Below are positions 1-14,460 of a stretch of 64,000 bases of DNA, in pieces. The notes under the pieces were generated by a model that searched no databases, was not told the DNA's origin, and was given only the letters and a program-made list of their open reading frames with translations. Position numbers and translations under genes: made by a program. The stretch's first letter is position 1, and each line of letters starts with the position of its first letter. The stretch is from Lytechinus pictus. Its lineage: Eukaryota. The stretch lies in NCBI RefSeq assembly GCF_037042905.1, contig NC_087250.1, forward strand, positions 20,028,001 through 20,092,000. The letters are read 5' to 3'.

Positions 1-126
1 CTTGATGTGTCTTTTGTGAATTCTGGGGCGTGTTTCATGAACTGTCATATCGGTGATTTTCAGTGGCAATTCTGCTCTTATCCAATCACATGCAAGGATT
101 GTTGAGAGTTGTCAGAGAAAATCCTG

Positions 127-396
127 GGCCCCAACTTACACAGAGTTACGATTGATCCGATCAATCGCAACTGTGGATGGCCAGCAACATCAACATCTTG
201 AATGCAAATTTGTTTGAAATATTTTCTAGATTTGATGTATATTCATACATTCATCGCTGTCTTGAAGATTTAGTGTGATTCTCTTTGCTTACCGAGGAGA
301 TTGTGCAAATTTCCTGTAGAAAATATTATGGTATGGATGGATTTCCATAGTGTTAAGATTGATTGGATCAATCGTAACTCTTTGTAAGACGGGGCC
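127..396. mobile_element. Harbinger-like MITE with CWG target; adjacent copies at ~2458-2725 and ~2729-2994
   Basis: TIR GGCCCC..CTTACA.AGAGTTACGATTGATCC.ATCAATC; CTG/CTG flanks. Confidence 0.75.
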
Positions 397-3300
397 CTGG
401 ACTGTATTAGGTTCATGAGTCGTGGCACACCTTTCGTTTCAATTAATATACATTCCTTGTGCACAAAAATTCATGTCTTTTTTTATACACCAGACAATGC
501 AATTTTTCTATGGAAGCCTGTTGACTTTCATTTTAGGGTTGTTAATTCGAAGTGATCACTGTTTGTGTATATATATCAAATATTTACAGTTATTCCCTAG
601 CAGTGTCACTCCTGCCTCTGCTTTAGATATCATTTAAATCGTAGAGTCATTGGCCCCTGTTTAACAAGGAGTTGCAATTGGTCCATTCTATCTCAAGTAT
701 GGAATGCCAGTAGCACCATCATCTAGAATTTATCAACTTCATTCAATATAACTAACTTGGGATTTAGCAGGCCAACGCTTTTTTTTTTGGGGGGGGGCAG
801 GGGGGGGGGGGGAGCGGGCGCGGGCTACTTTTCACAAGCTACTGCCTAAATCTCCAACACTGGATAAGCTTTAACTTTGCAGTAAATAGGGATTTCCCCA
901 GGGCTTTTTAGAGCACTTTGTGGTTCTAAATCAACATTGGCCCTATATAATTTTCCCCAACGGTTTAGGTTGCAAAGACTGATGTTCGATAAGATGTTCA
1001 ATTCTTTTGGATTAGAATGTGAGTCATGTTGTCCATCTTTTATTTCAAAATTCTTTTGACCCCCCTTCCCTCCCCAAATCAGTATTCATGATGATGTTAA
1101 TGTATATTAATAAGTCGTTTGGTTTTAACTGTATCTTTTGTCCAGCATTTTTCTATAGAGTTAGCTAAATTTAAATATCATTTAGCACTTCACATGTTCC
1201 CACTGGCCTCTTTCAGACTTGTTATATTTTTTCGTACAGGTTACCAAGCTCAGTATAATTATATTCACATATAAATCCAGGCCACCGATCATATGTGACG
1301 TGATATAGTTGTTGGAGTTCTAGGTAAAAGAATTCAGTTGCATTGCAGTAAATATTTATGTCACGACTGAGAAAGTCTATAAAAATCAAGGTTAACTGTC
1401 ACCGTATTATCATAGATCTAGGTTGGGTGTATTAATATCAACTTAACTTTGGGAAATCATATTAGCTGGAAACCAATAACTCTGAAGATTACTCACACAG
1501 AAAAGCACATGTGGGACAGTGTATTAATATTACTAGGAAGATACCCGGCATTCGCTTTTCAAATGCTGTTCAAGAATTATGAAAAGGATATAACTTATGT
1601 ACTTTATGATCAAGATTTTAACTGCCTCTAAAAAACTTTGTGTACATGTCCACTGCATATTGTTTATAGCTATTGTAGATCTTCGTACAGGCATAAATTG
1701 AGGTAGACATTCTTGGTACAGCATAGAATATTTGTACTATTTTAATTGTATGAATAGATTATTGTGAACACTATTATGGTTTTCATTATGATATTAGATG
1801 TTCTGTGTATATTTTGTTTTTACTCAAATTGTATTGTGCTCTCATTTATCTCTTTTGTATTCTATGTCTTTAAATTTATCTTTATTCCTCTGTCACGTTC
1901 ACACATATCATATTAAACCTTTATTTTTAGAACGTAAATAATGGACCACAAAATAACATGGGAACTGCCATGTGACTGATGCTAAAAGTGAGATATTTGG
2001 TTCTCAAACATTTCATGTACCACTTTCCAGTATAAGATATGGAAATCAGCACTTTTATGAGCATTTACAATCGGAAGCAGATATATTGAAACTTTGGCTT
2101 GAAACCGAGGTGGAAGCTTTGATATTGGGCCATGTTTCACAAAATACATTTTATTCATGCCTTTTCAGTTTAAGATTTTAAAATCATCACCATCATCATT
2201 TACATTTGGGAAGTAGATGATTTGAAACTAGACTGATCTCTGTTCATCTGTTCTGTGGCTCGAAGAAATTGTTTTGAACTTCCTTGTGATGTTCCTTCTT
2301 GAAATTCAATTCATGACTTCAAAAATTCTTCTTGGTGTTCGAGGTTTGCAGAGGTTTAATGTCTTAATGTGTGAACAGGCATTTTCTGAGGTAGTATGTG
2401 AAGCAGTGATTGTGCCGCGAATATGTACAGCCTATGACCACTCAAGATATGAACCAGGGGCCTGTCAAACAAAGAGTTGCGATTGATCGGATCAATCACA
2501 ACTATGGAAAGCCAACAATGTCAACATCTAAAATACATGTTTATTCAAAATGTTTTCTAGAAATGACGTATATTCATTCACTGTTTTCTTGAGAAATCAG
2601 TATGCTTCTCTTTGTTTTCAAAGGACATTGAACAAATCTCCTGAAGAAATATTTTTTATGACATGGATGGATTTCCATATACTTGAGATTGATCGGATCA
2701 ATCGTAACTCTTTGTAAGACGGGCCCAGGTCTTACTAAAAGTTACGATTGATCTGATCGACCGTAATTATATGGAAATCCAACAATGTCATAATATTTTT
2801 TCTCCAGGATATGTGCACAATGTCCTTTGTAAACAAAGAAAAGCACACTGAATTTTCAAGAAAACAATGAGTGTATGACTTAACATCATATCTAGAAAAT
2901 ATTTTGAACAAACATGCATTTTAGATGTTGACGTTGCTGGCTTTCCGTAGTTGTGGTTGATCGGATCAGTGGTAATTCTTTGTAAGACTGGGCCCAGTTT
3001 TATATGAGCCATTTCATGGGCCTTAATGTTTTTGCATGGTGGAGGTTATGTCCGAAGTATTGTGTGCATAAGCTGGCTAGGTCCACCAACTGCATGCCAG
3101 CAAGGCACTGATAAGCATTATAGTCCATGAATAAAAAGCCACAGAAGGCAAAGGTTACGTTGCTGAGATTTTCAAATCTTCGATCGCGTCTCTGGCATGA
3201 ATTGCAATCATCAGCTCTCATACTCTTGGTTGCATTGCATAGGTTACCCACTCAAGCAACAAATGGCACAAAACCAATGTGCAAACTAGGTATATCTGTG

Positions 3301-4963
3301 ACTACAATTTGTGCAAGAGTCTGGTGAATTCAGTATTTGAACAGCATTAAGGTCAATCCTTGCTTCACATAATACCTCTTTAAAAGCCTTAAGTATGTAT
3401 CTATGTGGATATACTTACAATCTAAATCCTATCTAAGTACTATTTGGTTTTGTGTGGCCACTCTGGTTCCGTCTTTCATCGTGGCAAATTGATACTTGCA
3501 TGAAAATTGATTTGATTTGATATAATTGTAGTCAAACCTGTCTTTTAATAGTGGCTACCCGTCTTTACTGGAAACCATGTCTTTAGTGGCCATCAAATTT
3601 GTCTCCCATTTGAACAGAATATGTGTTATAGAACCCGTCTATAAAGGACACCTGTCTGCAGTGGCCACTTTTTCTGTTTCACTTTGATGGCCTTAATGGT
3701 TTTACTGTACATGTATTCATCTGTTGTGCAGAAAATAGTCTCAAAATGAAATGTGCTCATACCCATTTCAAATCTATTTCCCTACCATTTATCTACATTG
3801 TTTATCAACATTCTGTTAATAATATAATACTTTTTAGTTCATTGCTTTGATTATCGATTGATTGATCGATTGGAGTGTCGGAATCCAAATAGTTTAGCTT
3901 AAAGTGATTGGCTAACATTGATTTGACTTTAAAAAATCTGAGCTAGAAGGTCACACTTGTCACCTGTGTCTGTGATATGTTACAAAAATGAAGCCCAGAA
4001 AAAATTGCGTTCGAAAATAATTATTTAGTGCTTCAAAAATTGAAATATAAAGTGACCGAAAACACCATCTTAAGTTCATCCCATACACTTATGTGTACTA
4101 TTTAGGCGTCTATAAGACGCCTATTTACAAAATCGGGGTTTGCCTTGTAGTTTTAGCTTTTCATTCTCAATAATGGTTGTTTTCAGGGTTTATTAGTTCT
4201 AATACATGCACTTGTACACATGTTTCATCTTGGTTCAAGAATTTTTTAAATCGGCTGCTCACAAAGTTAAACAATACCTTTAAAACTGCAGTCACTTAAC
4301 TATAACATGACTGTTTAGGGGCTGCTGATGATTCTGGCTTTGATTAACATTTTAATGTTCAACTGCAGTTTAGAGTAAGTTGCGTCCTACTAAAAATGGA
4401 ATCATTTGAAATACGGTCATTTTTTTTAATATGTCATAAGTAAAAAATTTGAGTCAACTTTTTTGTCTCATAATGCAGCGAGCGAAGAACGCCCTGTTGA
4501 ATAGCTTCAATCAGAGTACGCGTCTTTAGACACCTCAGTTTTTTCTCAACAAAATAAATTCTGGATGATAAAGTTTACAGCCATACTGGGATTTAAACCC
4601 ATGATCATTCCAATGAAAGCACAAGGATAATACCACTTTGTCATGCTGATGGGTTGCTTACTATGTCAGAAATATTGCTATATTCTATACCATTTATGTT
4701 AATGAAAAGCATAACGTTTCATGACTGGGTTATGTTCCTGAAGTATGTAGGTGTTTTATCATATTTATTGATTGTTTTATCCCTTTCAAAGACAGTTTTC
4801 ATTTTACACTGCTTTCTAGCTGTTCATGTACTTTGGTAATCTGTCAATGAAAGATCAATTTGTAATGCAGTCACAACAACGAAGCCGACTCCAAACCAAC
4901 CAATAATAAGTCATTTGATATTACGTAATAGCTTTGATCGGTCCGGAGTCGGTTTCATTGGTG

Positions 4964-5199
4964 CACTGCAAAAACTCCGGTGTTGATATAACACCAGCCC
5001 GGAATATGTCCACACCAGAGAAGTATTGAAACAACACCAGTTTGGAATCAAACCGATGCTGTTTTAATACTAATTGGTGTTGTATAAACACCTATCTGGT
5101 GTTAGACCAAAATGAAACTGGTGGTGTTTAACACTTCTCTGGTGTGGAAATATATAGATTCCAGGCTGGTGTTGAATCAACACCAGAGTTTTTGCAGTG
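4964..5199. mobile_element. CACTG-ended MITE (EnSpm/CACTA-like); copies at 21253-21504 and partial ~19990-20165
   Basis: TIR CACTGCAAAAACTCCGGTGTTGA; 2-bp TG flanks at both full copies. Confidence 0.8.
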
Positions 5200-6177
5200 T
5201 GTGACTGTAGCGTATGTAGACAAAATATAAACAGTTAGCTGCCTTAAGTATTTAGTTTTGACTAACTTCTGTTAAATCGATCGTTGAGTGTACTATTATT
5301 CATGTATATTCATGTTTATTCATTTATAGACTAGACTCGTTTATATCAAAATCATGCATATTCATGAGGTATCAATTGGTCATTTTGTGAAATGGAATGA
5401 GCGTAAAAGCACAAAGCAACCAATGTCATAAGTGTTATTATTACAATTATGCAATAAATTGTGAGTATATTATATATTCAATGAAAAGTCGTTGACCTTC
5501 AAGCTTTGTGTACTTTATTCATAGTGTGCATATGATACAGTGCGTCCCAGAAAAAAAGGAAACCGGGATTCCCATGTCTTTTTTCTTCAAAGGCAAATGA
5601 AATATGATAGTTTATTTACATAATCATATCATTCAATTATTCCTCAATATTTTGATAACTAATATGTGAGGAGCACTTCATGCATTAATGAGCAAAACGA
5701 GTTTGAAATTTTAATGTCAAAAGTAGGTTGCGCAGAAAAAAATTGACAAGATTGGTTGGTGATATGACGAACGTGCTTATTCGATGACTGGTTCATTATC
5801 ATTTTTTTTGTATTCTTTATTAAGATTCTCTCATTGATTCCTGAAATGAGAATGGATTCAGATTCACATGCGAGTTTCTGCGCAATTTGTTTCTGATATG
5901 CCTCCGTATTTATTATTATCTGCCATGCGTGAACGATTTGCTTAGCTGTTGGTTTCAAATTGGAGATGAGATTCCACTCTTGCCACGAGTATCAAAATAA
6001 TGTATAGTAAACAAATATTCAATAATTGTTAAATCTATCCACAGGTTTCCTTTTTTGTGGGATGCACTGTATATTGTGAAAATTGGTGAAAGAGTATATC
6101 ATTTAGAGTGGGGGGGATAGGTGATGAACTGACCGACACTATATGAATGGTCTTGAAATATACCCCTTGCGATATCT

Positions 6178-6532
6178 ACAGAGAATAAGTTTGCCTATTG
6201 CCTTATTTCTATAGAGAAACCAAAATGTTTGGAGAGGAAAAATATTTGTTTTGATATATACTTGTTAGCTCTGTTATTGTGTATGAATATATTGATTAGT
6301 GAATTAGTGTGATATATTTCAACAGGGTCTATATTACAAGACTACACTGTGTCATTAACACAGAGAAATAGTTTTCCTATTACCTTATTTGTACAGAGAA
6401 AGAAAATGTTTGGAGAGGAAAAGTACTTATTTTGCTATATACTTGTTAGCTTAGATTTTTTGGTTTGAATGCATTGATTAGTGAATTAGTGTGATGTATT
6501 TCAACAGAGTCTACATTACAAGACTACACTGT
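6178..6532 (+). repeat. Tandem duplication, ~182-bp unit
   Basis: ACAGAGAA..GTTT.CCTATT.CCTTATTT...ATTACAAGACTACACTGT occurs twice; single copy in the paralogous region at ~49370. Confidence 0.8.
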
Positions 6533-7877
6533 TGCATTATGGGTAAGGAGCATGGTCATATTTGAGTAGTTGAGGACTTGGGGTGGGTGATATACAAGGC
6601 TGATGCTTTGTTTTAATATTGTTAATTGTTTAAGGTCGTATAATTATGATGGGTGATGTATATGAGTTCTGCATATATACAATTCTTCTCTCATTGTTTG
6701 CAGTGTCTACAATGATTGTTTTTTGTGGTTGAAATAATAATTTGTTGGTGAAAGATTATTAAAGAAAAAAATAATATGAATTAAATAATTTACAAACTTT
6801 TAATTGGTCAATCTATATCAATACTTTTTGTCTGACACATAATCATTTGCCAAAACATTATTTTACCATTTTTTTAGAGTAGACAGAGAGCTCTAAAGAG
6901 AGAAAAAATAGAACAATTAAGATTTACAAAATTATTGTTCTGTTTTGTACAAAATCAGAGAAATCTTTCTGCAGATATGATAATATGCAAGGAGGAAGTA
7001 AGTATGTTTAAGTTATCAAAACTCGAGAATTAAACAAGCATTATGTAGTTCATTTCCCCCTTCAGATCACTCCGAAACAATTCTCCAACTTCGAAAGTTG
7101 AAACCAATTTTCAACTTATGGCAACTGTATATCTATGTGTTAGGCATATAAAGCAAATTATATGCCACCTTTAAATTCATAAACATTCGTATCGATTTTA
7201 TCAGTTGATCGATGTACCGAAGTACTCTCTTCGGGGATATATATAGATAGTTATTACCCTTAAATGCGGAGATATCGAATTGCTTTTCTCTCCTACAAGG
7301 TGAATCCCCCTTGCGAGTGCGCTCATTCATGTCGGATAACAACAGAGCGCGGTAAGTCTGAATAGAACATCGCTGTTATACGCGGCAGTGTGTATACAGG
7401 GTGATCAAAGTACAAAGTACCAATTGATACAGTACAGAGAAGTCATTGGTGTCAACTTGTGGATAGAACGTGCAGGAATGAGCTCTAGCCACCCACCAGT
7501 GCATTATGTAATTACTGCATATATACGACGTTTAGCATATACCTACGGAACTTGAAGCTTAAGTATACTTAATAAGTTACTACACTAACCTTAGTAGCAT
7601 ACACACGCCCCGGACACACGCATACGTTCGGACATTTTATCTTCAACGTTATGTCCAGGTGCGCAAAGAAGAGAGAACTCCGGAAAGAAATGGTATGAGT
7701 TTGTAAGCATTTTGTCTGTTGGTGGTATTTGTATGTTGCCACTAGACAGGAAGGATTATGGAGGAATAATTGCGTTCTGTTGGATCATCCGATGTCCTGA
7801 TCAGGCCTATACTTCGAAAAACGCGAGTCATATATATCTAAACTGGGAAACTGTCTGAATAGTGGCGCCATATCGAT

Positions 7878-8026
7878 ATGGGGTTAGGAGGGAATGAGAA
7901 AAACCATGAGGCGCCGCCGCCGGAAGAGGCGGAAAGAAATTCGGGAGAAGATGGAGGTAACGGCGACTCCTCAACGTCCCAGGGGAATGACAAGACCAAA
8001 ACGGGTTCGGACACTAGATCAATGAG
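7878..8026 (+). CDS. DNAJC5: DnaJ subfamily C member 5 (cysteine string protein)-like, coding exon 1
   Basis: ATG at 7878; reads MGLGGNEKNHEAPPPEEAERNSGEDGGNGDSSTSQGNDKTKTGSDTRSM(S). Ends at AG|GTAAG in phase 2, matching exon 2. The spliced [11 protein letters not shown] resembles CSP RSLSTSGESLY. Confidence 0.8.
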
Positions 8027-8366
8027 GTAAGCCTAGCAAAGGGTCGCATATCATCTAACATACAAGTATAAACTCATTGCAAAAAAAAAATGCTACATGA
8101 CTTTTTTATGAATATGGAGAAGCAACATGAATAATTGTTTAATTTTTTTTCAGGTTGATATTAAAAAGTAATAATGGAATTTCATCGTGTAATTAGAGAT
8201 GACAAGACGTACGTGCATCTACATGTAGATGTGTTTCTAGGCTATAGCCCTGATGAATAAATAAGTTTCAAGTTTACTTTGTAAGACACACCAATACATT
8301 TTACCAACAAGAGAGAGAAAATGAAATGATTAGCATAGGATATATATATATATATATATACATAAT

Positions 8367-8398
<32 letters not shown>

Positions 8399-8446
8399 TA
8401 TACTTCGGGAATTTGATTAACCTCCAGTCAACCTTGTGAACTTGTG

Positions 8447-8530
<84 letters not shown>

Positions 8531-8537
<7 letters not shown>

Positions 8538-9192
8538 AAAGAAATGGATGAAGAGAACAATGGTAGGCGTAGCTTAAATCAAGGTTCCCCAGAGCTATCT
8601 AGCTTAAATCAAGGTTCCCCAGAGCTATCTACCCTTTTCCAAAGGGTAGATAGCTCTGGGGAACCTTGATTTAAGCTACGCCTACCATGATTGTTCTCTT
8701 CATCCATTTCTTTACAATATTTAAATAAAAGAGTTGCCAAAGCTGTTGTACATGTATAACTTTACACATTTATATATATACATATATATATCATGTATAT
8801 ATATATATATAATATATTCCATAGATTAGTAAAAAAAAACCACCATAGTAACTGGTAATTAACTACACATAATTCATAGGAGCATGGGTCCATGATAGGA
8901 ACAATAAACCAACAAACAAATAGATGTTAGCATGACATCATGCACTGTATAGATATGTAGTGCATGAAGTCATAATAATTTCTAGTTGTCTGTTTATGCA
9001 TATATATAGCTGGGGGCCTGGGTTCGATTCCCGGCAGAGACATTTTTTCGGCATTACCAATTTTTCCAAAGGGTAGATAGCTCTGGGTAACCTTGATTTA
9101 AGCTATACGCCTACCATTGTTCTCTTCATCCATTTCTTTACAATATTTAAAATAAGAGTTGCCAAAGCTGTTGTACATGTATAACTTTACAC

Positions 9193-9200
<8 letters not shown>
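8531..9200 (+). repeat. Two copies of a small (TA)n-associated retroposon-like repeat; first copy is a fold-back
   Basis: 8636-8770 matches 9063-9196; second copy is preceded by B-box-like GGTTCGATTCCCGG; both end in (TA)n. Confidence 0.7.
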
Positions 9201-9229
<29 letters not shown>

Positions 9230-9564
9230 AATATATATACACACATATATATATACATATCTAGTTTAATTTCAAGTTAGTTGGAAGGGAGCTTCCATGT
9301 CTTAGGTACCCCCCCCCCCTTCCCTGCCAGTGTGATATACTGTAGTCCTACTTGTAGTTCTGGAATGAAATGACAAGTTATGGCTTCAATTCATATTACT
9401 AAAAAGAAATGACGTGAAGACATTTATATCTTCCTTTGATTCTGCTGAAGACTTGTCAACTATGACCACAACCAATTCTACAACCACAAGAACATTTATG
9501 CACTCCTCCTAATTCTCATTATTCCCAAAGCAAGATATGCCATTCAATGGAAACCGCTCCCATG

Positions 9565-9833
9565 TACTGGCGGATCCGGGGGGGGGGCACAGCCGGCCTT
9601 GCCTCCCCCTTGAGAGGCACAATTAAAATTTGTAATGTAAAAAGCCGTTAAAACAGAAGTGTGCCCCCCCCCCTTTCGAAAGTGAAAACCTTTTTTTTTC
9701 TGGGGGGGGGGGGTTCAATTTTTTGTGTGTAGGAAATCCCATTAGTTTTTGGTTGAAACCCTTTTTTATGCTTGTCATATTTTTCCTCGGGAAAATGTGC
9801 CCCCCCCCTTTCGAAAATCCTGGATCCGCCCCT
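9565..9833. mobile_element. hAT-type MITE; inverted sister copy at 11243-11464
   Basis: TIR CTGGCGGATCC...GGATCCGCCCCTG with poly-G/poly-C subtermini. Confidence 0.75.
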
Positions 9834-10438
9834 GGAGACGACATTGCAGACTGATTATTCATTCCCTTCTCTACGTGGTGATATCCCACATTTGACAATA
9901 GATACAGGCCTTGGGATGGATGACCCTTCGTTCATTTAAAAAGTCCTGAAACGAGAATGTTTCGATGAAAATTTGCGAGGGTGTTCCCACGATCATTATT
10001 TTTATTAACTTCTTTTTGAGAATAAGATTGTTCCGTCTTTTCATGCGCGCATGATTACAAACAAGGGCGAAATTGAAACTGTCTAAAGTTCGAGGGGTGT
10101 GAGAGAAATTCGAAACAATCTTGCGAGCTGTTTGAAATCGGTTTCCATATGAAAAAAAAATGTTGTTGAATGTAATTGAATGGTTCATTTACCATTCATT
10201 CATTCTAATATCCATATAAGTTATTTATCTATTTATTCATTCATTTATCATTTATTCTTTCACGTATTCATTTATTGATTGATTGATTTATTCGTTTATT
10301 CATTCATGTATTAAAATTTTTCGTTATTTATTGCTTTATTCATTCATTTATTCACGACTTTTTTTCTCTCTTTTCAAAGCGAAGTTGTGGCCGTGTTCTT
10401 AATCTGTACATCTATTCATTTATTATTTTACATTTCAG

Positions 10439-10520
10439 CGTATCTGGTGAATCGCTCTATGCTCTACTGAATTTGAAGAAGGGGGCAACAGAGGAGGAAA
10501 TCAAGAAAGCATACAGAAAG
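10439..10520 (+). CDS. DNAJC5: DNAJC5-like exon 2 (start of J domain)
   Basis: tttcAG acceptor; (S)VSGESLYALLNLKKGATEEEIKKAYRK; GTCAGT donor. Confidence 0.93.
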
Positions 10521-10824
10521 GTCAGTAATAAGAAAAAAACACAAGGGGGTGAATTAGCGAAAATAAACAGGGGCCCATTTCGTCATCGCTAGATTTTTGT
10601 AAGATATTTAAGCGGTGAAGTTCGAGTATCATAGGTCTACTGAATAGGGGGTAATCCGGGCTGAAAATATTTATATATAAATAGATAGAGTGAAATTCAC
10701 AGAGCAAAATGCTGAATATTTCATCGAAATCTGATGTAGGAAGAGAGGCGTTGGGATTGGGGGTAGGGGGCTGTGAATAAAAAAAGTCATTTTTCATCAC
10801 ATGCCGGGTAGGCACGTGCCATAA

Positions 10825-10925
10825 AGATGATAATGATGGTGATGATGATGACGACGATGATGATGGTGACGATATGATGGTGGTGATGACGAAGGTGATG
10901 ATGATGATGAAGGTGATGGTGATGG

Positions 10926-10966
<41 letters not shown>

Positions 10967-11110
10967 GTGGTGATGATGATGGTGATTTTGCTGATGATGA
11001 TGATGCTGCTGCTGATGATAATGGTAATGAGAGTGATGATGGTAATGATCATGATCATGATCTTGCCGATGATGATGGTGATGATGTTGATGATGATTAT
11101 GATGATGATA
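10825..11110. repeat. (GAT)n microsatellite
   Basis: Imperfect GAT/GGT triplets. Confidence 0.95.
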
Positions 11111-11528
11111 ATACTATTAACGTCTATGGTAACCCCGTGGAACAGCCATTCATTTTCAATGTTTTCAGAATTTCCCGTCATTGGAAGAGGTTGACCCTTG
11201 CCCCCTTTTAGCAATACACCTGGGTTTAAGTATAGGCCTATGCAGGGGCGGATCCAGGATTTTCCAAAAGGGGGGGGGGGGCACATTTTTCCTAGGAAAA
11301 ATTTGACAAGCAAAAAAAAAGAAAAGAAAAAGGTCTTTACTTTCAAGGGGGTGGGGTACACTTCTGTTTTAACGGAATTTTTACATTACAAATGTTTATT
11401 TTGCTTCTCAAGGGGGGGGGGGGGGCACGGACCGGCTTTGCCCCCCCCCCTGGATCCGCCAGTGGTCTATGACATATTTTTGTAAAAAATGAAAATGACT
11501 AAGGTCTGTTTACATATGTTTTTAACAG

Positions 11529-11585
11529 CAAGCATTGAAGTACCACCCAGACAAAAACAGAGACGATCCCACTGCAGAAGACAAG
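11529..11585 (+). CDS. DNAJC5: DNAJC5-like exon 3 (HPD motif)
   Basis: taacAG acceptor; QALKYHPDKNRDDPTAEDK; GTAAGT donor. Confidence 0.95.
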
Positions 11586-11769
11586 GTAAGTTCATCTTAC
11601 CATGGACCTATAGATGATCTTACGATGGATTACAATCGTCGTATGTGGCAGCGCTATACGAATTTTATGTTAACATTTTGTTACGATAATTACGGTGAGA
11701 AGTAATGTAGCATTTTACTGGCTCCGCAAGGGGAGGGGGTGTCTGAATAAAAGAATTTATATCGTATAG

Positions 11770-12148
11770 ATGGTTAATTGCCAATTCGTCTACTGCCAAC
11801 TCGTCCACTCACCACATGGTCTACTCTTATTGAACAGTCTAATGCCATTCAGTCCATCAACATTTCGTATAACAATCAACCACTAACTTGTCCATTAACC
11901 ATTTGGTCCAATCATTACTTCGGCTAATGACCATTTCGTCTCATAACCAGTTGGTCTAATATGCATTTCATTTTCATTCATTTTGCACAATTTAATACTA
12001 TGTCCAATTAGACCAAATGGTATATGGACTAAATGACTATTGGACCAACTAGTTATTAGACAGTAGATCATGTGGTGAATGGACGGACAGATGGTAGACC
12101 AAAATTAATGATTGTGTAGACGAGTTGGCAATTGGACGAATTGGCATT
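11770..12148. mobile_element. MITE with short internal repeats
   Basis: TGCCAATTCGTCTACTGCCAACTCGTC...GACGAGTTGGCAATTGGACGAATTGGCA inverted ends. Confidence 0.65.
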
Positions 12149-12149
12149 A

Positions 12150-14460
12150 GTTCAGTTCAGTTCAGTTCAATTTATTTATTTTCTCAGCATAAAAAAAGAT
12201 GATATATATACAATATGTACAAGAATGACAAATAGTATCAGAGAAAATTGGAAACTACAGAAAAGTTTATAAAAACTTGTGAGTAGTAGTTCCCAGTCCA
12301 TTGAATGAAAATGCACACACAGCATCAACAAACACCAGCAAACACACAGGGAGGGTGGGGCGGTAAATGTACGAGATTTCAGCAAGGAGAAAGGAAACAA
12401 ATTATATTGCATATTCATTTATATACATTCTTTTTAACTTAGATTTAAATGACGTAATTGTTGAGTATTTAATTTCATCGGGGAGATTATTCCAAATGCG
12501 TGGGCCATAATGCCTTAATGAATTTAGGAGAATTTGTGTTTTAACCTTGGGATAATGAAAATTATTACTTGAGCGAGTGTTGTGACAATGAACGGAATTG
12601 TTTATTAAAAACATACGGGATATATTAAAAGGAATTATGTTATGAATAGTACGAAACATCACAGATGCTATCTGAAATTTATGAATATCATATATATTAA
12701 GGGTATTGAGATTAAAAAACAAAGGTCGTGAGGGAGCTCTAAAAGGGGAGTTGGTACATATTCTTAAAATTTTCTTTTGCAATTTATGAAGGGGTTCCAA
12801 TTTTGTTATTCCAGCATTCGCCCAAATAATATTACAATATTGAAGATAGGATAGGGAAAGACAGTTATAAATCATAAATAACTCCTTCTGTGGCAAAAAA
12901 TTGCGAAGTTTAGAAAGAATACCAATATTTTTTTTAGATTTTGTTAGCTAAAATAGAACGGTGGCTGTTGTATGACAGTGTATCATCTAAAGTGATTCCG
13001 AGAAACTTGGTTGTTTTTTTAACAATTCAAGACGATTTGATTCAAAAATATTTTAACATCCGAAATATCATGTTTTATATGTTCTTTACTAATATACATA
13101 ACAGTTGTCTTTTCATAATTGAATACTAATTCATTAGCATGGAACCAGTTTATAATCTTAATTAATTCTTCATTTGTATTCTTAATAAGTAAATTAAAAT
13201 CACAATTGGACGCAACTAAATTTGTATCATCGGCAAAAAGGACAAAATGAAAAAAATGAGAAACATTACATAAATCATTGATATATATCAAGAATAAGAG
13301 CAGGCCCAGTGTGGAGCCCTGGGGGACTCCACAATGGACCCTCTCATGATGAGAAACAGCATTATTATAAACAGTATAATGAAAACGATCAGTTAAATAA
13401 TCTTTAAACCATTCAAGGGCAATGCCACGAATACCAAAATGAAATAGTTTACTAAGTAAAATATTGTGGTTGATAACATCAAAGGCTTTGCTTAAATCGA
13501 GAAAAATACCGAGTGTATGTAGATTATTAGCCATATTATTTAGGAGATGATCATTAAGGTCGATTAGTGCAAGCTCGCATGAGTAATTTGATCTAAAACC
13601 GTATTGTGAATTATTTAATAGATTATTTTTATCAATGTGCCGTATAAGCCTATTGTACATTAACTTTTCTAAGATTTTGGAAATACTAGGGAGTAAAGTG
13701 AAAGGTCTATAATTTGAAAATATATGCAAGTCCCCTTTTTTAAATACTGGAATAATTTTCCCTATTTTCATGTCCTTTGGGAATCTACCTGTTAAAAATG
13801 ATACATTAAAGATATGTGTTAGGGGTTTTGTTATGAAATGAATTACTTTTTTAATAACACACTGACTAATTCCATCAAATCCCATGCTTTTACTTGATTT
13901 AAAATGTTTTACTATTTCAATAATTTCATGTTCATTTGTAGGAAATAAGAATATAGAATTTTGACATTGGTTTGAGAGATAAGACAAAAAATTATTAGAA
14001 CGCTGGGGAATATTTGATTTGATATTGGTAGCTATATTAGCAAAAAATGTATTAAATTCTTCTACGATAATTTGATCATCAGTTATTTTAACACCATCTT
14101 TCAGGAAATAAGTGTTTAATTTATGTTTATTTGTAAAAAGAACCTCATTAATTATTTTCCACAACTTAGAAAGATTATTTTTATGTTTTTGCAACAAGTT
14201 ACTATAATATTGTTTTTTTGCCTTTTTTAGAACTAGGTTCAATTTATTTCGGTAAGATTTAAACTTCCTTTCAATTGTTTGATTTCTACTTTTGCAAAAA
14301 CGTTTATATAAATTGTCTTTTCAAAGACGAATTGGAAATAAACCGTATAGATACCATGTAATTTCCACCGGTTAAACCATAGAGCTATTAATAGCTCCAT
14401 GGTTAAACTATACATTCCAAAGATTTGAATAAAAAGGGCAACACGTACCAATATTTTGTA
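12150..14460 (-). mobile_element. CR1/L2-group LINE, 5'-truncated, antisense in DNAJC5 intron 3
   Basis: RT motifs NYRP, FLDLSKAFD, GVPQGS, LFADD in ORF 13019-14242; C-terminal part in 12402-12896; AATAAA plus (GAACT)n tail. Confidence 0.92.

Noticed and set aside
7345..7360. GTAAGT as donor of a non-coding first exon
   Set aside because: Not conserved in the duplicate and no convincing acceptor; cannot be supported without transcripts
8436..8669. YIYI-repeat ORFs (also 23684-24067)
   Set aside because: (TA)n microsatellite translations
10522..11361. 279-aa and 106-aa poly-Ile/poly-Met ORFs
   Set aside because: Translations of the (GAT)n microsatellite and a flanking MITE in an intron
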